Assembly (NCBI GenBank): GCA_002390455.1
Contig: DGPN01000047.1
Coordinates: 4,622-68,621, forward strand
Reading direction: 5' to 3'
DNA length: 64,000 nucleotides
DNA from: Flavobacteriaceae bacterium UBA4439
GTDB taxonomy: Bacteria; Bacteroidota; Bacteroidia; Flavobacteriales; Flavobacteriaceae
In this document: piece by piece, positions 47,799 through 58,289 of the stretch
How positions within the stretch are numbered: position 1 is the stretch's first letter
How the letters are laid out: every line of letters starts with the position of its first letter
Notes under the pieces: generated by a model
The model's input: only the letters and a program-made list of their open reading frames with translations
The model's database searches: none
Told to the model about the DNA's origin: nothing
Position numbers and translations under genes: made by a program

Positions 47799-48797
47799 AT
47801 GACTGAAAAAAAGTCAAAACCCTCGGTGCGCTGGGGGATCATCGGCTGCGGTGATGTTACGGAGATAAAAAGTGGGCCCGCATATCAAAAGACAGCAGGT
47901 TTTGAATTGAAAGCGGTGATGAGACGGAACGCGGCCAAAGTCAGGGACTATGCCCACCGCCATGGAATCGAAAAATATTTTACAGATGCCGATGCATTGA
48001 TCGGTGATTCAGAAATAGACGCTGTGTATATAGCAACTCCGCCTGACAGTCATTTGTTCTACGCCCTAAAAGTGGCCGCAGCTGGGAAACCCTGTTGTAT
48101 CGAAAAACCCATGGCACCCACCCATGAGGAAAGTAAGCAAATTCAAGAAGTTTTTAACAAAAAGAACATTCCTCTTTTCGTTGCCTATTATCGTCGGTCC
48201 TTGCCACGGTTTACAAAAATAAAAGAGTGGTTGAATCAAGAAGAAATTGGAATGATCAGGCATATTAGTTGGCACCTAAGTCAGCCTCCCAACGCCTTGG
48301 ATTTGTCTGGAGACTTCAACTGGCGAACCGATCCTAAAGTAGCACCAGGTGGTTATTTCGACGACTTGGCAAGTCATGGACTCGATTTGTTTGTCTATTT
48401 ATTAGGGGAAATTCAAGAGGTTTCTGGGGTAAGCCTCAACCAACAGGGATTATATGTTGCAAAAGATGCGATTGCCGCCAGTTGGTTGCATAGAGGAGGC
48501 ATTACTGGTGCTGGCGTATGGAATTTCGGATTGGCGTCTTTAGACAGGGTAGAAATTTTCGGAAACCTAGGAAAGATATCGTTTTCGGTTTTTGAAGATA
48601 ATCCGCTGATCATAGAAAAAGAAGGTGAAAAGACAGAACTTTTTATCGAACATCCCCATCACGTTCAAATGCCTCATGTGGAAAATATGAAAAAACATCT
48701 CTTAAACCCAGATTATTCTCATCCTTCAACAGGAAAATCGGGAGCACACACCAGTTGGGTAATGGATCAAATTCTTGGCAGAAAAAGCACCAAATAG
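47799..48797 (+). CDS. Gfo/Idh/MocA-family oxidoreductase
   Basis: VRWGIIGCGDVTEIKSGPAYQ Rossmann N-terminus and CIEKPMA; 332 aa. Confidence 0.8.
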   Translation: MTEKKSKPSVRWGIIGCGDVTEIKSGPAYQKTAGFELKAVMRRNAAKVRDYAHRHGIEKYFTDADALIGDSEIDAVYIATPPDSHLFYALKVAAAGKPCCIEKPMAPTHEESKQIQEVFNKKNIPLFVAYYRRSLPRFTKIKEWLNQEEIGMIRHISWHLSQPPNALDLSGDFNWRTDPKVAPGGYFDDLASHGLDLFVYLLGEIQEVSGVSLNQQGLYVAKDAIAASWLHRGGITGAGVWNFGLASLDRVEIFGNLGKISFSVFEDNPLIIEKEGEKTELFIEHPHHVQMPHVENMKKHLLNPDYSHPSTGKSGAHTSWVMDQILGRKSTK

Positions 48798-48899
48798 TAG
48801 TTGTTCGCTTTTGAAAAATTGATTTTGACTAACTTTACTGTGGTTTTATGAATAGATCAAAACATTGTAAACTTTTTTAACCATATCTATCAAAATACA

Positions 48900-49799
48900 T
48901 TGGGCATCAAAATTCAAAATTTAACCAAAAGCTACGGCAGTAACCCTGCACTCAAAGGCCTGTCGATGACTTTTGAAAAAAAGGGGGTCGTTGGACTTTT
49001 GGGTCCGAATGGGGCGGGTAAGACTACCTTGATGAAAATTTTAACGGGATCCATTAGTCGATGGGAAGGCATGGTACAAGTTGGAAATATGGATTTGAGA
49101 AATGACCTTCAAAAAATTCAAAAACAGATTGGATACCTCCCAGAAAACAATCCACTTTACCTTGAGATGTACGTCAAAGAGTATCTGAGTTTTGTGGGGG
49201 ATTTATACGGATTAAAAAAAGTTCCCGTTGAAGAAGTCATTATAAAAACAGGACTTGAAGAGCACAGCCTTAATAAAATTGAAACCCTTTCCAAAGGCTA
49301 CAAACAGAGAGTGGGATTGGCCGCAACGCTGCTTCATAATCCCCAATACTTAATCCTGGATGAACCAACCACTGGTTTGGATCCCAATCAAGTGGTTGAA
49401 ATCAGAAAACTGATCCAAACTTTAGGAAAAGAAAAATTGGTTTTTCTATCGACCCATATACTACAAGAAGTAGAGGCCATGTGCGACCGAGTGGTCATAC
49501 TCAACAAAGGCAGTGTGGTTTTGAATCAAACGCTAAAGACATTAAAAACCGACGATCTTCAGGTGGTTGCTGTAAGTTTTGATTATCGGGTAGAAAATGT
49601 GGCACTCCAAAAAATTCCCCACGTCAAAACAGTGGTCAATACCTTCGATTTCGAATATGAGTTGACTTTTGAAACGCAAGAGGATATGCGGCCAGCAGTT
49701 TTTGACTTTGCCCACGACAATGGTCTTAAGATTCTCAATCTGCAAGAAAAAAATGAGGGCTTGGAAAAGCGATTCAATGAACTTACAAAAGGGGACTAA
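48900..49799 (+). CDS. gldA: ABC transporter ATP-binding protein, GldA-like
   Basis: TTG start, Walker A GPNGAGKTT, IGYLPENNPLYLEMYVKEYL (GldA-like), LSKGYKQR signature, and Walker B LILDEPTTGLD. gldF and gldG are not adjacent. Confidence 0.55.
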   Translation: MGIKIQNLTKSYGSNPALKGLSMTFEKKGVVGLLGPNGAGKTTLMKILTGSISRWEGMVQVGNMDLRNDLQKIQKQIGYLPENNPLYLEMYVKEYLSFVGDLYGLKKVPVEEVIIKTGLEEHSLNKIETLSKGYKQRVGLAATLLHNPQYLILDEPTTGLDPNQVVEIRKLIQTLGKEKLVFLSTHILQEVEAMCDRVVILNKGSVVLNQTLKTLKTDDLQVVAVSFDYRVENVALQKIPHVKTVVNTFDFEYELTFETQEDMRPAVFDFAHDNGLKILNLQEKNEGLEKRFNELTKGD

Positions 49800-50752
49800 A
49801 ACAAAGCAGAAGCGATTTTTTTGACGTTTTTGGATTTTCCCATGCTATAATAGTGAAGGAAAGGAACACCGTGTTGTTTTAATTCTTTGCTTTGCTGTAT
49901 GCACCACTCTACTCCAATTTCAGAAACGGCTGTATTGTCTTTTGCTTTGACGACAGCATCGATCAGATCTTTCGGTAAATCCACGTGAAAACGGTGAGGA
50001 ATCAAATTGAGTTGCTTTAGGGTGGCCAATGGTTTTAGACCTGGAATAATGGGGACATTGATCCCTGCTTCACGACATTTTGTTTCAAATTCAAAAAACT
50101 TTTGATTGTCAAAAAACATCTGTGTGATGATGTAATCGGAACCAGCTTTTATTTTTTCTTTTAAAAAATGAATATCGTTGTCCAAACTAGGTGCTTCGGC
50201 ATGCTTTTCAGGATATCCGGCTACACCAACACAGAAATCGGTGGGGGAAGAATTCAAAATTTCTTCGTCCAAATACTGTCCTTGATTCAGGTTCTTGATT
50301 TGTACTACCAAATCTTTGGCATAGGCATGTCCTCCTTTACTGGGTTTGAAATAGGTTTCAGATTTTACTGCATCCCCTCTGAGGGCTACTACATTATCAA
50401 TCCCCAAAAAATCAAGGTCAATGAGAAAGTTTTCAGTATCTTCTTGACTAAACCCACCACAAAGTATATGGGGTATGGCATCGACATGGTAGCGGTTTTG
50501 AATGGCAGCACATATCCCCACAGTACCGGGTCTTTTGCGAATGACTCTTTTCTCTAATAAGCCATTTTCGCGCTCAACATAAGTGTACTCTTCCCGGTGA
50601 TAGGTCACATCTATAAATGGAGGTTTGAACTCCATCAAAGGATCAATAGAATCAAAAATTGATTGAATGTCCTGACCTTTTAAGGGAGGTAAAATTTCAA
50701 AAGTAAACTGGGTACGTCCTTTTGCGTTCTTTTGGTGATCTGTAACTTTCAT
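49796..50752 (-). CDS. metF: Methylenetetrahydrofolate reductase
   Basis: 318 aa: FEILPPLKG, VALRGD and the MetF TIM-barrel family; last gene of the met operon. Confidence 0.9.
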   Translation of the reverse strand: MKVTDHQKNAKGRTQFTFEILPPLKGQDIQSIFDSIDPLMEFKPPFIDVTYHREEYTYVERENGLLEKRVIRKRPGTVGICAAIQNRYHVDAIPHILCGGFSQEDTENFLIDLDFLGIDNVVALRGDAVKSETYFKPSKGGHAYAKDLVVQIKNLNQGQYLDEEILNSSPTDFCVGVAGYPEKHAEAPSLDNDIHFLKEKIKAGSDYIITQMFFDNQKFFEFETKCREAGINVPIIPGLKPLATLKQLNLIPHRFHVDLPKDLIDAVVKAKDNTAVSEIGVEWCIQQSKELKQHGVPFLHYYSMGKSKNVKKIASALF

Positions 50753-50756
50753 TGGC

Positions 50757-53435
50757 TTAAATTAAATTAGGACTAAGCCATTTTTTGGCATCTTCCAATG
50801 GTATTTTTCTTCTTTTACTGTAGTCTAACAGTTGATCTTCTTTGATTTTCCCCAAACCAAAATACTTGGCTTCTGGATTGGCAAAATAGTAACCAGAAAC
50901 CGATGCGGCTGGCCACATAGCATAGCTTTCTGTAAGGCTAACTCCAATGTGTTTTTCCACTTCCATCAAGTCCCAAAGGGTTTGTTTTTCCAAATGGTCT
51001 GGGCAAGCAGGATATCCTGGAGCAGGTCGAATTCCTTTATAGGTCTCCCTGATCAGTTCTTCATTGCTAAGGCTTTCTTTCGGGGCATATCCCCAATATT
51101 TTGTTCGGATTTCTCGATGGAGGTATTCGGCAAAAGCTTCTGCCAATCGGTCGGCCAAAGCTTTAACCATGATGCTGTTGTAGTCATCATTTTCTTTTTC
51201 AAAACGGGCTGCAACATCTTCTACACCATACCCTGTGGTTACACAAAAAGTTCCCATATAATCCTTTACACCTTTTGAAAGAGGCATAACAAAATCGGCC
51301 AAAGCCAAATTGGGCTGACCTGGTCTTTTTTGGAGTTGTTGTCGCAGGGTGATCAATCTACTCCTTACCTTTTGAAAATCATTGGGATCAAAAATAAGGA
51401 TATCGTCGTCTTCGGTATTGGCAGGAAAAAGTCCAAACCGGGCTTTGGCCGTTAACCATTTTTCATCGATGATTTTTCGCAACATATTTTTAGCATCGAT
51501 AAACAAAGAGGTGGCTTCTTTTCCTACGATCTCATCTTTTAAAATATCAGGATATTTGCCGTGTAAATCCCATGAACGGAAAAAAGGGCTCCAATCTATA
51601 TAGGGTACTAAAGTTTCCAAGTCCTGATCTTCGATGGTTCTACATCCTAGGTTATCGGGGACAACAGGCTTATATTTCTCCCAATCGATATTATATTTTC
51701 TTTTTCTCGCTGTATTTATGTCAACGTATTTTTTGTTGGAAGTTCGTTCCAAAAATTTTTCTCTAAAAGAATCGTACTCCGCCGCAATTTCCGAAGTGTA
51801 AATTTTGTTTTTATCCTTATTCAAAAGATTATTGACAACGGTCACAGCTCGAGAAGCATCGTTGACATGAATGACGGGTGCGTTGGATTGTGGGGCAATC
51901 TTAACGGCTGTATGTGCTTTGGAGGTGGTGGCACCACCTATCAATAGAGGGGTTTTGAGACCGATACGATTCATCTCTTTGGCGATATAAACCATTTCAT
52001 CTAGAGAAGGAGTAATCAATCCGGAGAGGCCTATAATGTCAACATTTTCCTCTTGTGCTTTTTGTAGAATGACTTCCGGGGGCACCATTACCCCCAAATC
52101 AATAATTTCAAAGTTGTTACAAGCCAATACGACACTTACAATATTTTTTCCGATATCGTGGACATCACCTTTGACAGTTGCCATCAAAATTTTACATGCA
52201 GACTCAACAACTCCAGTTTTTTCGGCCTCGATAAAAGGCTGTAAATAAGCCACCGCCTTTTTCATCACTCTAGCAGATTTTACCACTTGGGGTAAAAACA
52301 TTTTTCCAGATCCAAATAAATCCCCAACAACATTCATTCCTTGCATCAAATTGATTTCAATCACATGCAAGGGTCGATCGGCGGCTGCTCGGGCCTCTTC
52401 CACATCTTCGATAATGTATCGATCTATGCCCCTAATCAGGGCGTGGGTGATTCGGCTTTGTAAATCCTCATTACGCCAAGCCTTATCTTCTTCCTTGGAC
52501 TGTTTTTTGTCTCCTTTTACGCGCTCTGCATAATCCAATAAAGCCTCTGTAGCATCTTCTTTTCGATTGAGTAATACGTCCTCAACTTTTTCCAAAAGCG
52601 GCTTGGGAATTTGATCATAAACCTCCAAAAGAGTGGGGTTTACAATTCCCATCGTCATACCATGCTGAATGGCATGATATAAAAAGGCCGAATGCATGGC
52701 CTCTCTGACGGAATTGTTTCCTCTAAAAGAGAAAGAGACATTACTAACTCCACCGCTGACATTGGCATAAGGAAGATTTTCACGGATCCACTTGGTAGCC
52801 AGAAAGAAATCTAACGCATTTGTTTTGTGTTCTTCCATTCCTGTTCCAACAGGAAAAATATTGGGATCAAAAATGATGTCTTCAGGGGGGAAATTAACCT
52901 GATCCACCAAAATGCGATAGGAACGCTCACAGATTTGGATTCTTCTTTCGAGGTTGTCTGCTTGACCTTTTTCGTCAAAAGCCATAACGATGACTGCTGC
53001 GCCGTACAATTTAACTTTTCGCGCTTGTTCTATAAAGGTGGATTCTCCCTCTTTAAGACTGATGGAATTGACTATACTTTTACCTTGAACGACCTTAAGG
53101 CCTGCCTCTATGATATCCCATTTGGAACTGTCAATCATTACTGGCACGCGCGCAATATCGGGCTCTGCAGCAATAAGGTTCAAAAATTTAACCATGGCAG
53201 CTTTCCCATCTATCATTCCTTCGTCCATATTGACATCGATAATTTGGGCACCTCCCTCTACTTGTTCCAAGGCTATTTCTACAGCTGATTCATAATCACC
53301 AGCCTCAATCAATCTCAAAAATTTTCTTGAACCAGTAACATTGGTTCGTTCTCCTATATTGACAAAGTTGGTTTGGGGACTCACCAACAACAACTCCTGA
53401 CCAGAAAGTGTTAAAAAGCGGTTGGGTTTATGCAT
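50757..53435 (-). CDS. metH: Cobalamin-dependent methionine synthase lacking the homocysteine-binding domain (pterin-binding, B12-binding and AdoMet-activation domains)
   Basis: [10 protein letters not shown] (pterin domain), DVHDIGKN (DxHxxG B12 motif) and [12 protein letters not shown] (activation domain). The start is set at ATG 53435 ([12 protein letters not shown]), which overlaps the upstream stop in ATGCATAA. Confidence 0.9.
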   Translation of the reverse strand: MHKPNRFLTLSGQELLLVSPQTNFVNIGERTNVTGSRKFLRLIEAGDYESAVEIALEQVEGGAQIIDVNMDEGMIDGKAAMVKFLNLIAAEPDIARVPVMIDSSKWDIIEAGLKVVQGKSIVNSISLKEGESTFIEQARKVKLYGAAVIVMAFDEKGQADNLERRIQICERSYRILVDQVNFPPEDIIFDPNIFPVGTGMEEHKTNALDFFLATKWIRENLPYANVSGGVSNVSFSFRGNNSVREAMHSAFLYHAIQHGMTMGIVNPTLLEVYDQIPKPLLEKVEDVLLNRKEDATEALLDYAERVKGDKKQSKEEDKAWRNEDLQSRITHALIRGIDRYIIEDVEEARAAADRPLHVIEINLMQGMNVVGDLFGSGKMFLPQVVKSARVMKKAVAYLQPFIEAEKTGVVESACKILMATVKGDVHDIGKNIVSVVLACNNFEIIDLGVMVPPEVILQKAQEENVDIIGLSGLITPSLDEMVYIAKEMNRIGLKTPLLIGGATTSKAHTAVKIAPQSNAPVIHVNDASRAVTVVNNLLNKDKNKIYTSEIAAEYDSFREKFLERTSNKKYVDINTARKRKYNIDWEKYKPVVPDNLGCRTIEDQDLETLVPYIDWSPFFRSWDLHGKYPDILKDEIVGKEATSLFIDAKNMLRKIIDEKWLTAKARFGLFPANTEDDDILIFDPNDFQKVRSRLITLRQQLQKRPGQPNLALADFVMPLSKGVKDYMGTFCVTTGYGVEDVAARFEKENDDYNSIMVKALADRLAEAFAEYLHREIRTKYWGYAPKESLSNEELIRETYKGIRPAPGYPACPDHLEKQTLWDLMEVEKHIGVSLTESYAMWPAASVSGYYFANPEAKYFGLGKIKEDQLLDYSKRRKIPLEDAKKWLSPNLI

Positions 53436-54429
53436 GAGTTTTGATTTGGGGGTTTCTGGGTTTTGATTTGGCAACTGATTGAGCAATCAGTCGAATGTGT
53501 TCTGGTGTAGTACCGCAACAGCCTCCTACAATATTCACTAAATTTTGGTTAAGAAAGGGGTCGATCAAGGCAGCCATTTCCTTTGGACTTTGGTCGTATT
53601 CACCAAAGGCATTGGGTAAGCCAGCATTGGGATGTACAGAGGTATTGAAATATGTTATTTTTGACAATCTTTTGATGTAGGTTAGCAATTGGCTGGCCCC
53701 TAGTGCACAATTAAATCCAATGCTTAGCAATGGTATGTGGGAAACCGAGATGGCAAAAGCTTCAACCGTTTGACCCGATAAGGTTCTACCGCTTTTGTCC
53801 GTTATAGTACCACTGACCATTATGGGTAAAATTATTTTTTTATCTTGAAAATATTGCTGGATGGCATACAGTGCCGCCTTGGCATTCAGGGTATCAAAAA
53901 CGGTTTCAACCAATAGTAAATCGGCACCCCCTTCGATTAATCCGGCAACTTGTTCATAGTAGGCTTCGAAAAGATCATCGAAACTAACAGCTCGGAATCC
54001 GGGGTCATTCACATCAGGTGACATGCTGGCGGTTTTATTGGTAGGTCCAATAGAACCAGCTACAAACCTCGGTTTATCTGGATTTTTGGCGCTAATTTTT
54101 TGGGCTACTGCTTTGGCAATTTTTGCTGATTCGTAATTGAGTTCATAGGCCAAATCCTCCAATTGATAATCGGCCATAGCAATAGAAGTAGAAGAAAAAG
54201 TATTGGTTTCAATGATATCTGCCCCTGCCAAGAGATATTCTTCGTGAATATTTTTTATGGCATCGGCTTGTGTAATGGATAGAAGATCGTTGTTGCCCCC
54301 CAAGGGGCAGAGATGATCTTTGAAACGATCTCCTCTAAAATCCTCCTCTGAAAATTCAAGCCTTTGGATCATGGTGCCCATTGCACCGTCCAAAACCAGT
54401 ATTCTTTCTTTTAAAAGCGCCTCTATCAT
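53428..54429 (-). CDS. Homocysteine S-methyltransferase domain protein (separate N-terminal module of MetH)
   Basis: LDGAMGT, ETNTF, and [11 protein letters not shown] (zinc-binding Cys pair); 333 aa. Confidence 0.9.
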   Translation of the reverse strand: MIEALLKERILVLDGAMGTMIQRLEFSEEDFRGDRFKDHLCPLGGNNDLLSITQADAIKNIHEEYLLAGADIIETNTFSSTSIAMADYQLEDLAYELNYESAKIAKAVAQKISAKNPDKPRFVAGSIGPTNKTASMSPDVNDPGFRAVSFDDLFEAYYEQVAGLIEGGADLLLVETVFDTLNAKAALYAIQQYFQDKKIILPIMVSGTITDKSGRTLSGQTVEAFAISVSHIPLLSIGFNCALGASQLLTYIKRLSKITYFNTSVHPNAGLPNAFGEYDQSPKEMAALIDPFLNQNLVNIVGGCCGTTPEHIRLIAQSVAKSKPRNPQIKTHA

Positions 54430-54432
54430 GGA

Positions 54433-55602
54433 TTAAACTTTTTCAAGTGCTTGATCAATGTCTTGTTTGATGTCCTCTATATTTTCCAAACCGACAGAAA
54501 GCCTTATTAAACCATCTGTAATGCTGACCAATGCTCTTTCTTCGGGAGAAAGTTTGCTGTGAGTGGAAGTAGCGGGGTGTGTGACAATGGTTCGTGTGTC
54601 TCCTAGGTTGGCACTGAGAGAACACATTTGGATTTGATTTAGAAAAGTTTGTCCAGATATGATACCTCCTTTCAATTCTATGGTGATAATATTTCCACCT
54701 TTTAGCATTTGTTTTTTTGCAATTTCATACTGAGGATGACTCGGCAAGAAAGGATATCTGACCTGAGAAATTTTAGGATGATTTTGGAGATGTTTGGCCA
54801 GCTCTAGTGCATTTTCGCAATGGCGATCCAAACGGACAGCTAGGGTTTCTAAACTCTTGGAGAGCACCCAAGCATTGAAGGGAGAGAGTGCCGAACCCGA
54901 ATTTCGAAAAAAAGATCTTATTTCTGTAATCAAATCTTCTCGGCCCACGATCAAACCTCCCAAAACTCTTCCTTGTCCATCGATGAGCTTGGTTGCGGAA
55001 TGAATGATCAAGTCAGCTCCAAAATCAACAGGCTTTTGGAGATAGGGTGTTGCAAAACAGTTGTCCACCGCCAGAATTATTTGATGTTTTTTGGCGATAT
55101 CAGAAAGATAGCTCATATCAAGAATGTCCAAACCAGGATTGGTCGGAGTCTCAATGTATATGATTTTGGTATTGGGTTGAATCACCTCTTCAATTTGCTG
55201 GGGTGTATTGGCATTAAAGTAAGTGGTTTCAATATTCCATTTGGTGAAATATTTTTTAAAAAGGGTGTGGGTAGAGCCAAAAATAGACCTTACAGAGACA
55301 ATGTGATCACCGCTGTTGAGAAGGGCTGCAAAACTGGTATATACAGCGGCCATACCCGATGCAAAAGCCAAACCGTCTTCCGCACCCTCGAGTCTGCAAA
55401 TTTTATCAACCAGTTCTTGAGTATTGGGGTTGGAGAAACGACTGTAAATGTTGCGATCTAATTCGTCTGCAAATGAAGCTCTAAGCTCCTCAGCATTATC
55501 AAAGACAAAACTTGAAGTAAGATAAAGCGGAGATGAGTGCTCGGCATACTGTGAGCGCTCCATTTGCGTTCGTATAGCCTCTGTTTCAAAATGTTTTTTC
55601 AT
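54433..55602 (-). CDS. Trans-sulfuration PLP enzyme (cystathionine gamma-synthase / O-succinylhomoserine sulfhydrylase family)
   Basis: 389 aa with HSATKLIDGQG (PLP lysine) and Cys/Met-metabolism PLP family features. Confidence 0.8.
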   Translation of the reverse strand: MKKHFETEAIRTQMERSQYAEHSSPLYLTSSFVFDNAEELRASFADELDRNIYSRFSNPNTQELVDKICRLEGAEDGLAFASGMAAVYTSFAALLNSGDHIVSVRSIFGSTHTLFKKYFTKWNIETTYFNANTPQQIEEVIQPNTKIIYIETPTNPGLDILDMSYLSDIAKKHQIILAVDNCFATPYLQKPVDFGADLIIHSATKLIDGQGRVLGGLIVGREDLITEIRSFFRNSGSALSPFNAWVLSKSLETLAVRLDRHCENALELAKHLQNHPKISQVRYPFLPSHPQYEIAKKQMLKGGNIITIELKGGIISGQTFLNQIQMCSLSANLGDTRTIVTHPATSTHSKLSPEERALVSITDGLIRLSVGLENIEDIKQDIDQALEKV

Positions 55603-56024
55603 AATTCTGCGCCATTTAAGAAAATGGAATATTTAATTGGGGTTGAATATTCTAGTGTTTTGGCCACTGAGCAATATTTGTCAAATGATAGACAAACGGC
55701 TCTTTTTGCTTTTTCGGGGGGAATATCCCCTTCTAACCATACATTGACTTTAATTTTGTAAAATAATGAAGGAGCTACATTCGGAATTCGTTCTCCTTCA
55801 ACATCCATTTTAAGATCGGTAGGGTTTATTTTTTGTTTGTTGAGAATGGCGATAATATCAATACCACTGCAACCAGCAAGGGCCGCCAAGAGAAGTTCCA
55901 TAGGACTTGCACCTTCTACTTTTCCTTCTTTTTTGGATTTATTGTCCAGCAGTACTTTGTGTCCATTATCGTTGGTAACTTCAAAAAGATAGTTCTGATT
56001 GATCCTATTGAGATTTACTTTCAT
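55599..56024 (-). CDS. OsmC/Ohr-family protein
   Basis: GASPMELLLAALAGCSGIDI and C-terminal DKYCSVAKTL (the two conserved Cys). The start was moved to MKVNLNRI (56024); the longer ORF overlaps metX by 89 nt. Confidence 0.75.
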   Translation of the reverse strand: MKVNLNRINQNYLFEVTNDNGHKVLLDNKSKKEGKVEGASPMELLLAALAGCSGIDIIAILNKQKINPTDLKMDVEGERIPNVAPSLFYKIKVNVWLEGDIPPEKAKRAVCLSFDKYCSVAKTLEYSTPIKYSIFLNGAEL

Positions 56025-57009
56025 GAGATTGGGAATAATTTGATTTAGGTCTGAAAATGCCACTAAAGATTTGCGATACGGTCTTGTTTTCAATCAAAAA
56101 AGCATCGTGTCCATGAATGGATTTTATTTCGTGATAATAAATGTTCTCCTTAATTTTTTTACCCCTTTCAAGGGTTTTTTGATCTTCCTCGGCCGTAAAA
56201 AAGAGGTCGCTATCAATGGCGATCAGATGGATGTTGGAAGATATGTTTTCAATTATTTTTTCGAGGGAGTCTCCCTTGCGTGTAATATCAACAGAAGCCA
56301 AAAGGTGATTCATGGTTTTGTAGGCCTGCAGAAGAAATCGACTTTCCAATTTGTCACCGTGATGAACAAGCCAACTTTCAACATTAAAGAGCTTTTTTTC
56401 AGTATTGAATGTTCTCCCAAAACGCTCTGTAAATGAAGCAGGGGTTCGATAGGTGAGCATGGCATGAATGCGGGCATCCTTAAGTGGTTCGCTGGAGTTC
56501 TCCAAAAGTCTTTTCTGAAGAAATGTATTGGCAATGATCCAGTCCGAAGCTTTCCAATCGGCCGCAACCGGAATTAAATTTTCGGTCAAATGAGGGTTCA
56601 AAGCAGCCATTTCCCAAGCAATACCACCTCCGATTGATCCACCGATAAGGGCAAAAAGTTTTTGGACACCTAAAATCTGTAATCCTTGACAAAAAATTTC
56701 TGCAATATCACCAGTATGAAAATCATCGTATTTATCCAAGGTATCATTTTTGACACCGTTGCCAGGAATGTTAAAAGCCAGTATGGAATAATGATGGGTA
56801 TCAATGGTAAGGTTAGGTCCGACAATTTCACTCCACCACCCTTGTGGACCAGCAACATTGGCGTCGCCGGTCAAAGAGTGATTAATTAGAACTACGGGTG
56901 CATGGTCGAATGACTGACCAAAGTGCTGATAGTGCAAATCGATCTTGTCATAAACAACACCTGAGTCGGTAGTGAAATTATAGATGGATATGGTTTTAAC
57001 CTCAGCCAT
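56005..57009 (-). CDS. metX: Homoserine O-acetyltransferase
   Basis: Alpha/beta hydrolase with PVVLINHSLTGD and the nucleophile elbow GGSIGGG; 334 aa. Confidence 0.85.
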   Translation of the reverse strand: MAEVKTISIYNFTTDSGVVYDKIDLHYQHFGQSFDHAPVVLINHSLTGDANVAGPQGWWSEIVGPNLTIDTHHYSILAFNIPGNGVKNDTLDKYDDFHTGDIAEIFCQGLQILGVQKLFALIGGSIGGGIAWEMAALNPHLTENLIPVAADWKASDWIIANTFLQKRLLENSSEPLKDARIHAMLTYRTPASFTERFGRTFNTEKKLFNVESWLVHHGDKLESRFLLQAYKTMNHLLASVDITRKGDSLEKIIENISSNIHLIAIDSDLFFTAEEDQKTLERGKKIKENIYYHEIKSIHGHDAFLIENKTVSQIFSGIFRPKSNYSQSHESKSQ

Positions 57010-57017
57010 TAAAAAAA

Positions 57018-58289
57018 TTATATGTTCTTAAGTGCAAGATCTAAATCATCTTTTAAATCCTCCAAGTTTTCAATTCCAACCGATAGTCTTACCAAATCAG
57101 GCGTTACCCCAGTACTTTTTTGCTCCTCTTCGTTCAACTGAGAGTGAGTCGTACTGGAAGGGTGAATGATCAATGACTTGGTGTCACCAATATTGGCCAG
57201 TAATGCAAATATTTTGGTGTTTTCCGTAACTTTTTTAGCGGCTTCGAATCCTTTCTTCAATCCGAAAGTAACGATTCCACTTTTTCCATTCGGAAGATAT
57301 TCATTGGCTAAATCGGCGTATTCAGAAGATTCCAATCCAGGATAGTTTACCCAGCTGACTTCGTCGCGAGACTTCAGCCATTGGGCGAGTTCCAATGCGT
57401 TTTCTGAATGTTTTTTCATTCTAATTTCTAAGGTTTCCAAACCTTGAATGACTTGGAAACTATTGAGCGGACTGGGAGCACTTCCCAAATCTCTTAGACC
57501 TTCTACTCTTACTCTTGCAATAAAAGCAATGGGACCCAATGCATCGTGATACTTCAATCCGTGATAGGAGGGAGAAGGCTCCGTAAATTCTGGGAAGTTT
57601 CCATTGGAATAATCAAAAGTCCCCGCATCGATGATCACCCCACCAATGGTGGTTCCATTTCCTGTAATGTATTTGGTCAATGAATGGATTACGATATTGG
57701 CACCGTGAGCTATAGGGTTGAGCAAGGCTGGAGTAGCAATGGTATTGTCAACAATAAAAGGAACTTTTGCCGCTTTGGCATGCGCACTGATTCCTTTTAA
57801 GTCCAAAACGTCCAACTTGGGATTTCCCAATGATTCTGCAAAAAATGCTCTGGTATTGGGCTGAACTGCTTTGGCAAAATTCTCAACATCATCTGGATCA
57901 ACAAATGTAGTAGTGATTCCAAATCGAGGTAAAGTATTGTTCAACATATTAAAAGTTCCACCATAAAGACTGTTGGAAGCAACAATGTGATCTCCTGCCT
58001 TGAGAAGTGTCATCAATGTGGTTGCGATTGCAGCTGTACCAGATGCGGTAGCAACTGCTGCTACACCGCCCTCAACTGCTGCCAACCTTTGTTCAAGAAT
58101 ATCGTTGGTGGGATTATTCAGTCGGGTATAAATGTATCCTGATTCTGCAAGAGCAAACAAATTGGCTGCATGGTCTGAATCATTAAATACATAAGAGGAT
58201 GTTTGATAAATTGGAACGGCTCTGGTTCCCTGTGTTTTTGTCACATCATGCCCCGCATGAAGTGCATTGGTTGCTAATTTTAAACTCAT
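57018..58289 (-). CDS. metY: O-acetylhomoserine aminocarboxypropyltransferase (sulfhydrylase)
   Basis: 423 aa: [20 protein letters not shown] (PLP lysine). Confidence 0.9.
   Translation of the reverse strand: MSLKLATNALHAGHDVTKTQGTRAVPIYQTSSYVFNDSDHAANLFALAESGYIYTRLNNPTNDILEQRLAAVEGGVAAVATASGTAAIATTLMTLLKAGDHIVASNSLYGGTFNMLNNTLPRFGITTTFVDPDDVENFAKAVQPNTRAFFAESLGNPKLDVLDLKGISAHAKAAKVPFIVDNTIATPALLNPIAHGANIVIHSLTKYITGNGTTIGGVIIDAGTFDYSNGNFPEFTEPSPSYHGLKYHDALGPIAFIARVRVEGLRDLGSAPSPLNSFQVIQGLETLEIRMKKHSENALELAQWLKSRDEVSWVNYPGLESSEYADLANEYLPNGKSGIVTFGLKKGFEAAKKVTENTKIFALLANIGDTKSLIIHPSSTTHSQLNEEEQKSTGVTPDLVRLSVGIENLEDLKDDLDLALKNI

Noticed and set aside
47745-47807. 20-codon mini-ORF (MKKSIPQQKNDILPQRIKKI) whose stop overlaps the ATG of the Gfo/Idh/MocA gene.
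   Set aside because: There is no codon bias pointing to a regulatory amino acid and no associated alternative RNA structures, so it is likely fortuitous.
50832-53295. Several + strand ORFs (60-153 aa) inside metH.
   Set aside because: They are antisense to a 2.7-kb gene with the DxHxxG and activation-domain motifs, and there is no independent support.
54973-55461. 162-aa + strand ORF inside the metB/Z-like gene.
   Set aside because: Antisense shadow ORF; the PLP-lysine motif is on the minus strand.
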